Virus record (IMG/VR): IMGVR_UViG_3300010403_000024
Span: 13,440 to 77,439 of that record
DNA from: a virus
Direction: 5' to 3' (one strand)
Length of the DNA stretch: 64,000 nt
Positions 18,636 through 28,039 of the stretch are shown piece by piece. Made by a program: the position numbers and the translations under genes. The stretch's first letter is position 1; each line of letters begins with the position of its first letter. Below the pieces are notes generated by a model that worked only from the letters and a program-made list of their open reading frames with translations, ran no database searches and was not told the origin of the DNA.

Positions 18636-18859
18636 GCATCTTGGAGCTTAGACCCGCTGAAGAATGGGCCGAAGAAAAGGCCCGCGAACTGGCCATGGAC
18701 TCTGCGCACATTCCAGCCATCAAATCCCAACTCGTGCCGCAATACCGCCAGATCCAAGCCAATGTGCTCAGGTGGGCGGCTTCTGAATCCCACTCTCGCG
18801 AATCTCGTGACTTCTTAACCGATAAAGCCAACCAGCTCGACCCTGAAAAAGCGGCATGA
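18632..18859 (+). CDS. Small hypothetical protein, paralog A
   Basis: Shares PAE..AMD..RQIQAN.LR..ANQL.P with next gene. Confidence 0.65.
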   Translation: MSILELRPAEEWAEEKARELAMDSAHIPAIKSQLVPQYRQIQANVLRWAASESHSRESRDFLTDKANQLDPEKAA

Positions 18860-19074
18860 ACCTCGAACCCGCTGAAAACTTTGCTACTTTCCTCGCGCCT
18901 GTTTGCGCAATGGACTTGGAGCAAATTGAAGAGTTTGTTCGGCAGATCCAAGCCAATGCGCTTAGATTTTCTGCTACTTTCGTATTGGCAAGCCCTGATG
19001 ATTGCTGCTGCACATCTGACGCTTTGGACAAGATGGCCAACCAACTCCACCCACTGCCTGAAAAATCAGCATGA
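18856..19074 (+). CDS. Small hypothetical protein, paralog B
   Basis: Tandem paralog of 18632..18859. Confidence 0.65.
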   Translation: MNLEPAENFATFLAPVCAMDLEQIEEFVRQIQANALRFSATFVLASPDDCCCTSDALDKMANQLHPLPEKSA

Positions 19075-19637
19075 ACTTCGGCGCCATCACCCCCAACGAC
19101 GCAGCGCTGCTGGAAGCGCTGGTTATGCGCTTCAAGGGGCGCATCCTGCGCTTCCTGGAGATCGGCACCCATGAGGGGAACACCGCGCGCGGGGTGAAGG
19201 AACTTTGCGACCGTGACGGAATCTCAATCGACCTGCGCTACTACGGAATCGACGCCCGCGACCTTCCGCCGCCCTTTGACGGGGCCTGGCAAATCTCTGG
19301 CCGCTCGGAAGAAGCCTGGGAGTTCATACCGGGCAACATGGACATCGTCTTTGTCGATGGCTGCCACTGCATCAACCATGTGATCCTGGACGTGGTGCAT
19401 TACTCGGCAAAGGTAGTTGTGGGCGGCTACATGGTCTTTCATGATACCGACCCGCAGGTGCAGGGGGTGCAGACCAACCCTTGGGTGCATAAGGGGGACG
19501 GGCCGATCTACCGGACGGCGGTGCTGGCGGCATTGGAGAAGCTCGGCTGGCCGAATGAGCGGTGGCAACTGGACTTAACGGCGAGCGACCCACAGTCTGA
19601 CATTGGGGGCATGATGGCTTTCAGGAGGGGCGCGTGA
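19071..19637 (+). CDS. Class I SAM-dependent methyltransferase (Methyltransf_24-like)
   Basis: FLEIGTHEG, DIVFVDGCH, GGYMVFHD. Confidence 0.85.
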   Translation: MNFGAITPNDAALLEALVMRFKGRILRFLEIGTHEGNTARGVKELCDRDGISIDLRYYGIDARDLPPPFDGAWQISGRSEEAWEFIPGNMDIVFVDGCHCINHVILDVVHYSAKVVVGGYMVFHDTDPQVQGVQTNPWVHKGDGPIYRTAVLAALEKLGWPNERWQLDLTASDPQSDIGGMMAFRRGA

Positions 19638-20377
19638 TCGAACTTCCGCATCTGGACTGCAACGTGTGTGAAAATTGCGACAAGCAATGCACTGGATGCA
19701 GCCATGCCTCGCCGATATTGCCGCCGTGGTCGATGCCGCTGGAGATGATCGAACGCGACCTGCTGGCCCTGAAACCATTCGTGACGGTGGGCCACCTGCA
19801 AATCCTCGGCGGAGAACCGCTGCTGCATAAAGAGATTGTGGGAATCCTGCGGCTGGTGAAACGAATCCGAATCGACGTTTGCACGACCGTAATTACCAAC
19901 GGCAACCTGCTGCCGCGCATGACCGAAGATTTCTGGCGCGAACTGGAGTATTTGCAGATCAGTATTTACCCGACGCTCGACCCGAAGATCCCTTGGCTGG
20001 CGGAGTGCAAGAGCCGGGAGTATGGGTTTGGGTTGGGCACGACCGTCTTCGACTCCTTTTACCGCGAGATCAAAGCGGTGCCGGACGACGGGGTAGAGTC
20101 GTTCAGGAATTGTGGGTGGCGTCACGACTGCTACACTGTGCATCGCGGCCACTTCTACCTGTGCTCGCAAAGCTGCTTCTTCCCCAAAGCCATCCAGGGA
20201 CTGCCGCCAGAGATCGACGGCTTGCCCCTCGAAGGCTTGACCGAGGAGAAGCTGGGCAATTTCATGAACCGGACGGAGCCATTCAACGCCTGCCGGGTCT
20301 GCTGTGCGCCGCTGAAACAGCGCGTGCCCTGGCGGGAATCGAAGCGGCGGGAGTGGTCGAAGGATTCGGCGGACTGA
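19634..20377 (+). CDS. Radical SAM protein
   Basis: CDKQCTGC (CxxxCxxC), LGGEPLLH, VITNG, C-terminal Cys cluster. Confidence 0.9.
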   Translation: MIELPHLDCNVCENCDKQCTGCSHASPILPPWSMPLEMIERDLLALKPFVTVGHLQILGGEPLLHKEIVGILRLVKRIRIDVCTTVITNGNLLPRMTEDFWRELEYLQISIYPTLDPKIPWLAECKSREYGFGLGTTVFDSFYREIKAVPDDGVESFRNCGWRHDCYTVHRGHFYLCSQSCFFPKAIQGLPPEIDGLPLEGLTEEKLGNFMNRTEPFNACRVCCAPLKQRVPWRESKRREWSKDSAD

Positions 20378-20382
20378 ATTTT

Positions 20383-21183
20383 ATGGGACGTAAAAACGAT
20401 TGGATCGAGATGTCGCTGGTATCGGCTTGCGCGCTCAGGTGTGATTATTGCGCGCAGTCGCTGTTAGCCAAGCGCTACAAGGAATCGGGCGGCGACAAAC
20501 GGATGACGCTGGAGACGTTCACGGCCATCCTGGATCACATCCCCAAAGACATCGGGGTAGATTTCTCAGGGTATGCCGACTGCAACCTGCACCCAAACTT
20601 CATCGACTTCTTTACCCTGGCGGTCTCGCGTGGATTTACGGTCAGCGTCTATACGACCTTTGAAGGGATGAGTTGGGAGCACTACGGGCGCTTCAAGCAG
20701 ATCCCATTCGAGATCCTGAGCATTCATCTGCCGGATGTGAACGAACTGATTCACCTGCGCTGGACCGAGGATTACAAGCGCATCCTGCACGCGCTCAACG
20801 ACGATCCGCCCAAGTGCGTGCGGCAGGACCGGATGTGCGTGAAGGGGCCGCTGCACCCGGACGTGGCGTTTCTTGAGCCGGTGCGGATCATGCACATCCA
20901 GCCGCGGTCAGGGAATGTTCCGGAGAGCCTGAGCCGGCATGAGAGCTTCCACGCGGACCCGCTCAAATGCGGCCGGGGAAACAATCTACGCCAGAACGTG
21001 GCGTTGCCTGACGGGAGCGTGTACCTCTGCTGCTGCGATTACGGGATGGTGCATAACCTGGGCAACCTGACCCGGCAGACCTTCGACGAACTGGACGCAG
21101 AGCGAGCCAAGTTGATCGACCGGCAGAAGAAGCCGGATGAGAAACTGTTGTGTTCTACCTGCGAGTTTGCGGTGCCACTCTGA
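20383..21183 (+). CDS. Radical SAM protein with SPASM/twitch-like domain
   Basis: CALRCDYC; C-terminal C...PDGSVYLCCCDY...LGNL...CSTC. Confidence 0.9.
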   Translation: MGRKNDWIEMSLVSACALRCDYCAQSLLAKRYKESGGDKRMTLETFTAILDHIPKDIGVDFSGYADCNLHPNFIDFFTLAVSRGFTVSVYTTFEGMSWEHYGRFKQIPFEILSIHLPDVNELIHLRWTEDYKRILHALNDDPPKCVRQDRMCVKGPLHPDVAFLEPVRIMHIQPRSGNVPESLSRHESFHADPLKCGRGNNLRQNVALPDGSVYLCCCDYGMVHNLGNLTRQTFDELDAERAKLIDRQKKPDEKLLCSTCEFAVPL

Positions 21184-21371
21184 CATGAGATTCATCAAAC
21201 CTGAGCCGATAAAAATCAACTGGCCAAGGCTACGCGCCTTTCGGAAAACCACCCAAGCGACCCTAAACATGATCCGCCTGACCCAGGCTAAGCCGACCAA
21301 GAAACGGCTTCGTAGAATCCGCTACTGGCATCGGCAAATGCTGCACTGTGCGCGGCGGGAAGTTTAAAACT

Positions 21372-21599
21372 ATGAGCGAGACTACCGACAAGAAACCGGA
21401 GAGCAACGAACAGTTGCTCAACCGCGCCTATCAACAAACCGAGCGGGCCTACGCGATCGTGAACAAGGCGACTTCGCGCCGGCAGTTCAAGGGGCCGGAG
21501 ATTTGGGAGTTTCTGGGCTACCTGCGCGGAGCGACGGCGGCGGCGCAGGAGATGGAGAACCGGAGCCGGGGGAACGCGCCGGCTCAAGTTGGAGATTAA
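21372..21599 (+). CDS. Hypothetical protein
   Basis: MSETTDKKPES... 75 aa. Confidence 0.5.
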   Translation: MSETTDKKPESNEQLLNRAYQQTERAYAIVNKATSRRQFKGPEIWEFLGYLRGATAAAQEMENRSRGNAPAQVGD

Positions 21600-21623
21600 C
21601 AGAAGCAAACGAAGGGAACGAAG

Positions 21624-21827
21624 ATGGAACAATACCAACTACGGGTGGTGGCCGAGGAAATGGAACTGAGCGAGCGGCTGGAGCGGCTGCGGGCCTTCAT
21701 CGAGGATGCGAAATTTCGCAACTTACCATTCGCGGAGCAGGAACGGATGGGCAAGCAGCTGCGCGCGATGGACACCTACCAGGAGGCACTGCGCGAGCGG
21801 ATTGCGGCTTGGGGGGAGACAAAGTGA
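21624..21827 (+). CDS. Small helical phage protein (crAss001_48-like family), copy 1
   Basis: YQLRVVAE..EL.ERLE.L.AF...F..LP..EQ.R...Q..AM..Y...L.ERI. Confidence 0.7.
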   Translation: MEQYQLRVVAEEMELSERLERLRAFIEDAKFRNLPFAEQERMGKQLRAMDTYQEALRERIAAWGETK

Positions 21828-21997
21828 GGCGCGTTGCCGGCATCTTTCTGATCGCGCTGCCATTCGTCGTGATTGGCATCACCCTTTATCTACAAGGGGA
21901 ACTCTGGGGCTTCGCTAAAATGATCCTGATCCTGGCGGCCTCCCTAGCACCGATCTTCCTTGGGATGAGCCTTCTGTGCGGAAAGGGCAAGGATTGA
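21824..21997 (+). CDS. Small two-TM membrane protein
   Basis: VAGIFLIALPFVVIGITLYL...ILILAASLAPIFLGMSLL. Confidence 0.5.
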   Translation: MRRVAGIFLIALPFVVIGITLYLQGELWGFAKMILILAASLAPIFLGMSLLCGKGKD

Positions 21998-22893
21998 ACT
22001 TAGGCAGCCTCTTGTACCTGCCCGGCTTGTCGGTCACGCCTGAGCGGACGGCGGCGTGCCTGGCCAACCTGGCAAGATGGAAGCACAAATACCCGATCTA
22101 CATCTACAGCGAGCGGGAGTGGCATCCGAGCTTGTGGCGGATGATCGGCGGGATCGAGTTCAGCCAGTGCGAGAACCCGGAGGTGGTGCGGAGCGAGACA
22201 GTGCATCATGTGCCCAAGCTGGCCTACCTGATGGGAGTGCAGATCGCGGCTAATGCTGGACTGGAGTTGTTCCTGACGTTGGAGACGGATTCGAGGGTCT
22301 GGGGCGATAACTGGGATGAAGCGATCTTCGACGAGTTTTTGGCGCAGCAGGAGTCGGCCCAGACCGAGATGGTGCTGGGCGGGACCATGTTTGTGTGGCA
22401 TCCATTCAACGACGGGTTGGATTATGCGCTGGAGTTCGGGACGTTTGTGGAAAAGTTTATCGCCCGGCGCGGGTCAGGCGTGGAAAACGGGGCTATCAAG
22501 GTGCCAAACATGTTCATTTATGGAGGCAGAGGGTCTTGTTCGACGCATCATGTGTGCGCCTACCCCAACGGAGCGGGGAGCGTGGCCCGGACCAGTTTCG
22601 TGCAGCGGGTGTTTGGTCCGCGCGCGATCAAGCTGGCAGCGCAGGAAGGGAGTGCGTGGGACGCCCACTTGGGCTATGGATTGTTTGAGAGCTACGGGCC
22701 GCAGGGCTACCGTCGGCTGGCGCCGCTCAATACGGTGTTTAGCGTATATGGTGATCTGTTAACGAGTGAAGGAATGCGGATCGGGTTGCTGACTTCAGGG
22801 CAGTGTCGGTTAGCACATCAGATCAAGAGCGACTGGAGTGGTGCCGGCTTGGAATTAAACCGCAGAGACGCAGGGGACGCAGAGAAGACATGA
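21994..22893 (+). CDS. Putative glycosyltransferase-like protein
   Basis: FLTLETDSRV (DxD-like ExD), YPNGAG, AWD, LAHQIK resembling a GT-A layout. Confidence 0.45.
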   Translation: MNLGSLLYLPGLSVTPERTAACLANLARWKHKYPIYIYSEREWHPSLWRMIGGIEFSQCENPEVVRSETVHHVPKLAYLMGVQIAANAGLELFLTLETDSRVWGDNWDEAIFDEFLAQQESAQTEMVLGGTMFVWHPFNDGLDYALEFGTFVEKFIARRGSGVENGAIKVPNMFIYGGRGSCSTHHVCAYPNGAGSVARTSFVQRVFGPRAIKLAAQEGSAWDAHLGYGLFESYGPQGYRRLAPLNTVFSVYGDLLTSEGMRIGLLTSGQCRLAHQIKSDWSGAGLELNRRDAGDAEKT

Positions 22894-23246
22894 AACCGGA
22901 AGCACAGCGGATCGCGATTGCTGAAGCGCAGGGGAAGAAGCCTGTCTTAATGAACGCAGGTCTGCGAGCGACTTGGATGGAACTGACAAATGAGGATTTA
23001 GGCGAATGGTGCGAGATTCCCAATTACCCGAACGACAAGAACGTGATGCTGGAAACGACCTGGAGCCTGCGCAGCAAGCCGGAGACGGTAAAGCAGTTTA
23101 TGAAAATCTTGCACTTGATCTTGCGGAAGGAGCGCGGTTTGTCTTATGTCGATTGGCATCTCTTAGACTACGCGCTGCTGCATGCCAGCGCCGCGCAGTT
23201 GGCCGAGGCGTATCTGAAAACGATTGGAAAGTGGGTGGAAGAATGA
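22890..23246 (+). CDS. Phage hypothetical protein (ABA-sandwich-like)
   Basis: RIAIAEAQG...IPNYPND...ASAAQ.AEAYLKTIG. Confidence 0.6.
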   Translation: MKPEAQRIAIAEAQGKKPVLMNAGLRATWMELTNEDLGEWCEIPNYPNDKNVMLETTWSLRSKPETVKQFMKILHLILRKERGLSYVDWHLLDYALLHASAAQLAEAYLKTIGKWVEE

Positions 23247-23539
23247 AAAAAATATTACTGTTGTGTGTCTTACTGACCCTCGCGGGCTGCTGCCTGCTGC
23301 CGAAGGACAAGCCGGTGCCGGTCGAGCAGATTGGTGACCCGGAGGCCAAAACCAGTGCGGCCGTCTGGACCGTTGCGGTTGGAGATCCAGCCTCGCCGAT
23401 CTGGAGCAGGAGCAACTGCTTCCCGCCGGTTGAGCACGAACAAGGCTGCTGGCTGGTGCGCTGGCTGGAGAATGGGCAGACCAATGAGTTCCACGCATGG
23501 TCTGTGCCGGTTAGCTTTTGGCGAGTTTATACAAAGTGA
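23243..23539 (+). CDS. Lipoprotein
   Basis: MKKILLLCVLLTLAGC lipobox. Confidence 0.7.
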   Translation: MKKILLLCVLLTLAGCCLLPKDKPVPVEQIGDPEAKTSAAVWTVAVGDPASPIWSRSNCFPPVEHEQGCWLVRWLENGQTNEFHAWSVPVSFWRVYTK

Positions 23540-23687
23540 GCGAGCCACTGCAAATCCATCCAATCCCCGGACCTTCACCAGAGGTAAAAACCGTCTTTGA
23601 AGCGATGGGGAAAATACTGGACGTGATGGAGAGGTTGCTGCTTCTGCCTGAGCCGCCAACCAACCCCGACGAACAATCCTTTGCGGA

Positions 23688-24356
23688 ATGAAACCCAGGA
23701 AGAAAAAGAGCAGCAAACTTAACTTCAACCTGGCCAAGCACGACGAGGCGGTGCAGGGCCGGCGGGAGCTGGAGGACCGGGTGGCGGCGGGCGAGATCCT
23801 GCAAAAGCTGGGTCTGGCCTGGGAGCAGATGAAGCGCCGGCTGCTGCATAAGCGCAAGCCGACGGTCAACGACCTAAACAAGTTCGTGGCCGAGATGGAG
23901 ACGACGGTGCGGCGCGAGTGCGTGGGCAAGAATTTGGACGGGTTTCGCCAGTTTGCTTTGACGCTGCTCCGGGAGAAGGCGGAGCTGCTGCGCTTGAGCG
24001 GCTTCAACCAGCACAATGTGTTTACCCCGGCCAGCGTGGTCGAGCCAGCGGCCTCGCCCGAACTTCCGAGCGCCTATCAGCCGGTGCAGGTGCGCTACAC
24101 CTTCAACCGCTTCGAGGAGTTTGCCAGCCTGGAGCCAGTGCGCCGGGTGATGAAGAAGGACGGATTTGTCGGCTTCATCCTGGAGGAGAACCAGGTGATC
24201 GGGGTGTTCACCGACGGGCAGTATGTGCTGATGGGCAGCGTGGTGAACGGACTGGGGATGGAGAAAGTGCCAAGCAAGGAGCAGTATCTGGCGGCGCTCG
24301 GGAAGGGGAATATCACAGAAGGTAACAAAGGTAACGAAGGTGAGCGCGAAATTTGA
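23688..24356 (+). CDS. Hypothetical protein
   Basis: 222 aa ORF with phage-typical codon usage. Confidence 0.65.
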   Translation: MKPRKKKSSKLNFNLAKHDEAVQGRRELEDRVAAGEILQKLGLAWEQMKRRLLHKRKPTVNDLNKFVAEMETTVRRECVGKNLDGFRQFALTLLREKAELLRLSGFNQHNVFTPASVVEPAASPELPSAYQPVQVRYTFNRFEEFASLEPVRRVMKKDGFVGFILEENQVIGVFTDGQYVLMGSVVNGLGMEKVPSKEQYLAALGKGNITEGNKGNEGEREI

Positions 24357-24551
24357 TCCGATGCCGCATCCAGAGGCGGAGATTCACCCCGCAATGGGAC
24401 GGGCATTTCAGCGGTCAGAGCCTGAGCAGGACGCCACTCCCACCGAAGACATCGACCTTGAAGACCCCGAAGTGCAATGCTGGTGCGGGGCCAAAGGCAA
24501 GGCGTCGCAACTCTTTGACGGCAGCGGGCCCGGATGCCCCGACTGCGAGGG

Positions 24552-25052
24552 ATGACGGCGCGCGACATTCAGGTGGCGCTGATTCGGGAACGCTATAGCC
24601 GCAACCTCTGCATGCCGAACTACACGCCCTCCGGCTGGTTTGAATGCGATGTGTTTGAGTTAACGCCCGCCGATTACTTCCACGAATACGAGATCAAGCT
24701 GACGGCCAGTGATTTCCGGGCCGAGAGCCGCAAGCGCAAGAGCTGGACGATCATCAACAATGAGTGGGTGCCGCATGGGCCAAAAAAACTGGACTTGCTC
24801 GACGGCCAGCATGTGAAGGGCCCGACGAAGTTCTATTACGTGTATCCATCCGGGATGCTGCCAGAGAGCGAGATCCCGGTCTGGGCGGGGATCGTGACCG
24901 TGACGGAAACGGAGTGGGGAATCAGAACAAATACGGCGAGAATTGCGCCACAACTGCACCGCAGCAAGGTGCTGCCAGAAGTGCGGCGGCACGCCCATGG
25001 CGTCTGCTATTGGCGGTTTATGAAGTTGTTCCTAAAAGACAAAAGTTGCTAA
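24552..25052 (+). CDS. PD-(D/E)XK nuclease-like protein (MmcB-like)
   Basis: FECDV...EYEIKLTASDF; FYYVYP...EIPVWAGI. Confidence 0.75.
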   Translation: MTARDIQVALIRERYSRNLCMPNYTPSGWFECDVFELTPADYFHEYEIKLTASDFRAESRKRKSWTIINNEWVPHGPKKLDLLDGQHVKGPTKFYYVYPSGMLPESEIPVWAGIVTVTETEWGIRTNTARIAPQLHRSKVLPEVRRHAHGVCYWRFMKLFLKDKSC

Positions 25053-25082
25053 GGGCCACGGCTCTGTGTATTGGTTGCCGAT

Positions 25083-25514
25083 ATGGTAGCATACTTCAAG
25101 GCCGCGGCGCCGCGGCAAAAGCGATGGCTCTCCAACGGCAGCCACGTGCAGTTCTCACCCGTGACCACCGAACTGGGGGTGTTCAGCACCGACAACGAGT
25201 TTGTGATCAAGGAACTGAACCTGATGATCGCCGAGAGCCGGGGCGGAGTCTTCGCCATCGACGAGCGCGAATACGAGACGTTAAAAAAAAATCGGATTTC
25301 GGGCAGGCCCTGGCGGGAGGAACTGGGCAAGCGGGGGCTGGAAGTGAACCAAAGGCCGGTGCAACACCAGCCCAACCCGCAGGCAATGGCGGCGGCAACC
25401 GCCGCCGAGGCCGCACCTGCTGCGGCGGCTAATCCAGAGCCGGAGCGGCCGAGGGGGGCATCGCCGGTGCCGGAGGGGTTCAGGCCGACGGCGCGAAAGA
25501 AACCTGCTGCGTGA
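25083..25514 (+). CDS. Hypothetical protein
   Basis: 143 aa ORF with Ala/Pro-rich tail, upstream of tail module. Confidence 0.6.
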   Translation: MVAYFKAAAPRQKRWLSNGSHVQFSPVTTELGVFSTDNEFVIKELNLMIAESRGGVFAIDEREYETLKKNRISGRPWREELGKRGLEVNQRPVQHQPNPQAMAAATAAEAAPAAAANPEPERPRGASPVPEGFRPTARKKPAA

Positions 25515-25750
25515 TCAACCGCCGTTCATTTTTCAAGTCACTCGCCCGAACTGCGGCGATCATTGCGCTGGCACCACAGATCGCGTTCAGGGTGCCAAAG
25601 CTAACTTTTGAAGTTTTTCCCCAAGGTAAGTCACTGGTTTCTCAGGTTTTTGATTTTCAAGAATGGGTGGCTTTAAACTCAGCTATCGTGAAGGCCAGAG
25701 GTAAGGCGTTATATTCAGAGTGTCGCGGTAAAGTTCTGACGAGCCAATGA
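25511..25750 (+). CDS. Small protein with twin-arginine-like N-terminus
   Basis: MINRRSFFKSLARTAAIIALAP; lower GC. Confidence 0.55.
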   Translation: MINRRSFFKSLARTAAIIALAPQIAFRVPKLTFEVFPQGKSLVSQVFDFQEWVALNSAIVKARGKALYSECRGKVLTSQ

Positions 25751-27447
25751 TCTCCTACGGCGACTTCATTACCGGCATACGGCGCACAATGTGGCCGCAT
25801 CCGGGCGAGGCGTCGTCGCTGGTGACGTCGCACTCCCAGATGTTTCTGGAGGCGATGATCGACCTGTGCAAGTGGATACCGTGTCTGCAAACCCACCATA
25901 CGGACGTGCATCCGGCTTGCTCGACCTACGTGCAGTGCGGGTTGACGGTGTTTGCCGCGCCCTACGGGGAGATCGAACGGGTCTATACGCTTTCGAATGG
26001 CGACTGGTGCAACAAGGTTTCCTACCTGCCGGCCAACTACAACCGAGTGCAATGCTGGAGTGATCGACTGTTGAAATCCCCGGTCTTCACCTCGCCGGCC
26101 AACACAGGACTGCCGGCCTTGCAGCAGGGGTTGAAGTATGCGGAGAAATCGACCGACTCGGTTTATGGCCGATCGCGCAGCGGAATCTATGCGGTGCATC
26201 GGCGGCGGCTCTACATCGCCCCGTGGGTGCAGAGCAACGAAAGCGTGGTGGTCGAGTGGGAAGGGGTCAAGACCGACTGGCGGGCCGAGGACCTGCTGGA
26301 CGAGACCTACTGGACGCCGGATGTGGGCAGTGCGATCAAATCTTACGTGCAGTGGCAGCACGCCAAGGATCACACCGAGACCGCGGCGCTGGAGGTGCGG
26401 ACCCTGCGCCAGGATTATGAGGACGCGCGCGCCGACCTGATCTACTGGTGCCAGCAGCGCACGAAGGAAAACGAAGCGCAGGAGGCGGCCGCGATCTGCA
26501 CCGAGCGCACCTGTGACGACGGCAACCTGCCGAGCCGCACCCAACTGGAGGCGGAGGCGGTGGGCGAGGAAGCGGGTCCGGAGATCTTTGCCGTGATCGG
26601 CGACTACGGGGCGGACAACGAAGCCGAGCAGGATGTGGCGGACCTGATCAAGGGCTGGGACCCCAGCTATATCGTGACCAACGGCGACAACTGGTATGAC
26701 GGCACGGCGGCCGAGGACTTGGACGCGGCGGTGGGCAAATATTTCTCGGACTTTCTTTTTCCTTATACCGGCGACTTTGGGGCCGGGGCGGCCACGCAGC
26801 GGTTTTTTCCCGCGCTGGGAGCGAATGACTTTGACCCATCCGGCAAGCTGGCGCTGGTGCTGGCCTACTTCGCGCTCTCGGCCAACTACTACACCTTTAC
26901 CCAAGGGGCGGTGCAGTTCTTTGTCTTGAACAGCGGATTCGACCTGAGCCAGGTGAATCAGGAAGCGGACGGCAACACCCTGGACTCGACGCAGGGCAAC
27001 TGGCTGCAGGCGCAACTGGCCCTGAGTGTCGCGCCCTTCAAGATCGTGATCGTGCATCATCCGCCCTTCACCTCGGCGGCGACCTCGCTCTCGACTGACC
27101 CGCTGGCGGGCGACGGCACGCTGAGCTATCCGGACTTGCAATGGCCGTTTAAGGATTGGGGGGCGGACGTGGTGATCAGCGGGCGGGCCCATGTCTATGA
27201 GCGGCTGACCGGCAACGGCACCATCGGCGAGGACGGAATGATCTACATCGTGAACGGCCTGGGAGGGCAGCCTGCCGACGCGCCGGAGGAGCCGGGGACG
27301 TTTGCCGAGGAGCCGCTGGCGATCTCGGAGAAGCGCTACGCCGATGACTTCGGGGCCTTGCGCGGGACAATCGATTGCCAGACGTTGACGCTGGAGTTTT
27401 TTAATCGGGACGGGACGCTGATCGACAGCGTTAGCATCACCAAATGA
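25747..27447 (+). CDS. Putative head-tail adaptor fused to calcineurin-like metallophosphoesterase domain
   Basis: N-half adaptor-like (LYIAPW...VVVEWEG, helical ends); C-half IGDYG, NGDNWY, LGAND, HHPPF, SGRAHVYER. Confidence 0.7.
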   Translation: MISYGDFITGIRRTMWPHPGEASSLVTSHSQMFLEAMIDLCKWIPCLQTHHTDVHPACSTYVQCGLTVFAAPYGEIERVYTLSNGDWCNKVSYLPANYNRVQCWSDRLLKSPVFTSPANTGLPALQQGLKYAEKSTDSVYGRSRSGIYAVHRRRLYIAPWVQSNESVVVEWEGVKTDWRAEDLLDETYWTPDVGSAIKSYVQWQHAKDHTETAALEVRTLRQDYEDARADLIYWCQQRTKENEAQEAAAICTERTCDDGNLPSRTQLEAEAVGEEAGPEIFAVIGDYGADNEAEQDVADLIKGWDPSYIVTNGDNWYDGTAAEDLDAAVGKYFSDFLFPYTGDFGAGAATQRFFPALGANDFDPSGKLALVLAYFALSANYYTFTQGAVQFFVLNSGFDLSQVNQEADGNTLDSTQGNWLQAQLALSVAPFKIVIVHHPPFTSAATSLSTDPLAGDGTLSYPDLQWPFKDWGADVVISGRAHVYERLTGNGTIGEDGMIYIVNGLGGQPADAPEEPGTFAEEPLAISEKRYADDFGALRGTIDCQTLTLEFFNRDGTLIDSVSITK

Positions 27448-27785
27448 ACAACGACGCCGAAATGCCGGGAGCCTGGATCTGCCCCAAGTGCGGCTTTGTC
27501 TTGCAGAAGAACATCCTTCACACAGGCGACGGATCGATCTCGGCTGATACGAGCCCGCTCAATAACAAGTGTCCGAACGACGGGGTGCTGATGCGGCCCT
27601 TCACTTGGCGCGAGGCCAACGAAGAATTGTTCAACGAACTGGTCAAGGAACGAAGCCGCCTGAACTGGCTGGACCAGCATTGCTCATTTGTCGCCGATCA
27701 TGAGTATTGTCTTGGGCCGTTCAAGGTGGGCCAACTTAGGGAGTTGGCTGATGCCGGCCTGGCCGAAGACGCAAAACGAACATGA
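27444..27785 (+). CDS. Zn-ribbon hypothetical protein
   Basis: CPKCGF...CPNDG. Confidence 0.6.
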   Translation: MNNDAEMPGAWICPKCGFVLQKNILHTGDGSISADTSPLNNKCPNDGVLMRPFTWREANEELFNELVKERSRLNWLDQHCSFVADHEYCLGPFKVGQLRELADAGLAEDAKRT

Positions 27786-28039
27786 CAAAGGACGCAGAGG
27801 AATTTCAGCGGACGGTCGGGGCCATGGTCAAGGAGGCGGCCAGCCGATTGGGCGAGCATGTGGACTCGGTGCAGATCATGGTGACCAAGTACTCGCCGAG
27901 CGGCGAGGGTAACACCCTGACCTTCGAGCACGGCATCGGCAATTTCTGCGCCCGGTTTGGGCAGGCTGTGGAATGGGTCGAGGTGCAGCGCGAGTTTCAA
28001 CGGGAATGGGCCAGGCGCAAACAAGTGGAGGGTGAATGA
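27782..28039 (+). CDS. Hypothetical protein
   Basis: EHVDSVQIMVT...GNFCARFGQ; coupled on both sides. Confidence 0.6.
   Translation: MTKDAEEFQRTVGAMVKEAASRLGEHVDSVQIMVTKYSPSGEGNTLTFEHGIGNFCARFGQAVEWVEVQREFQREWARRKQVEGE

Noticed and set aside
19879-20382. N-terminal extension of listed 434 aa ORF (possible frameshift fusion of the two radical SAM genes)
   Set aside because: Extension is an off-frame overlap with 19634..20377; a good ATG at 20383 directly precedes the CxxxCxxC motif
17031-22893. DNA hypermodification (glucosyl-hmC or 7-deazaguanine) cluster
   Set aside because: No hydroxymethylase, QueC/QueD/FolE/DpdA or polymerase recognisable in window; disfavoured but not excluded, since the genome is incomplete
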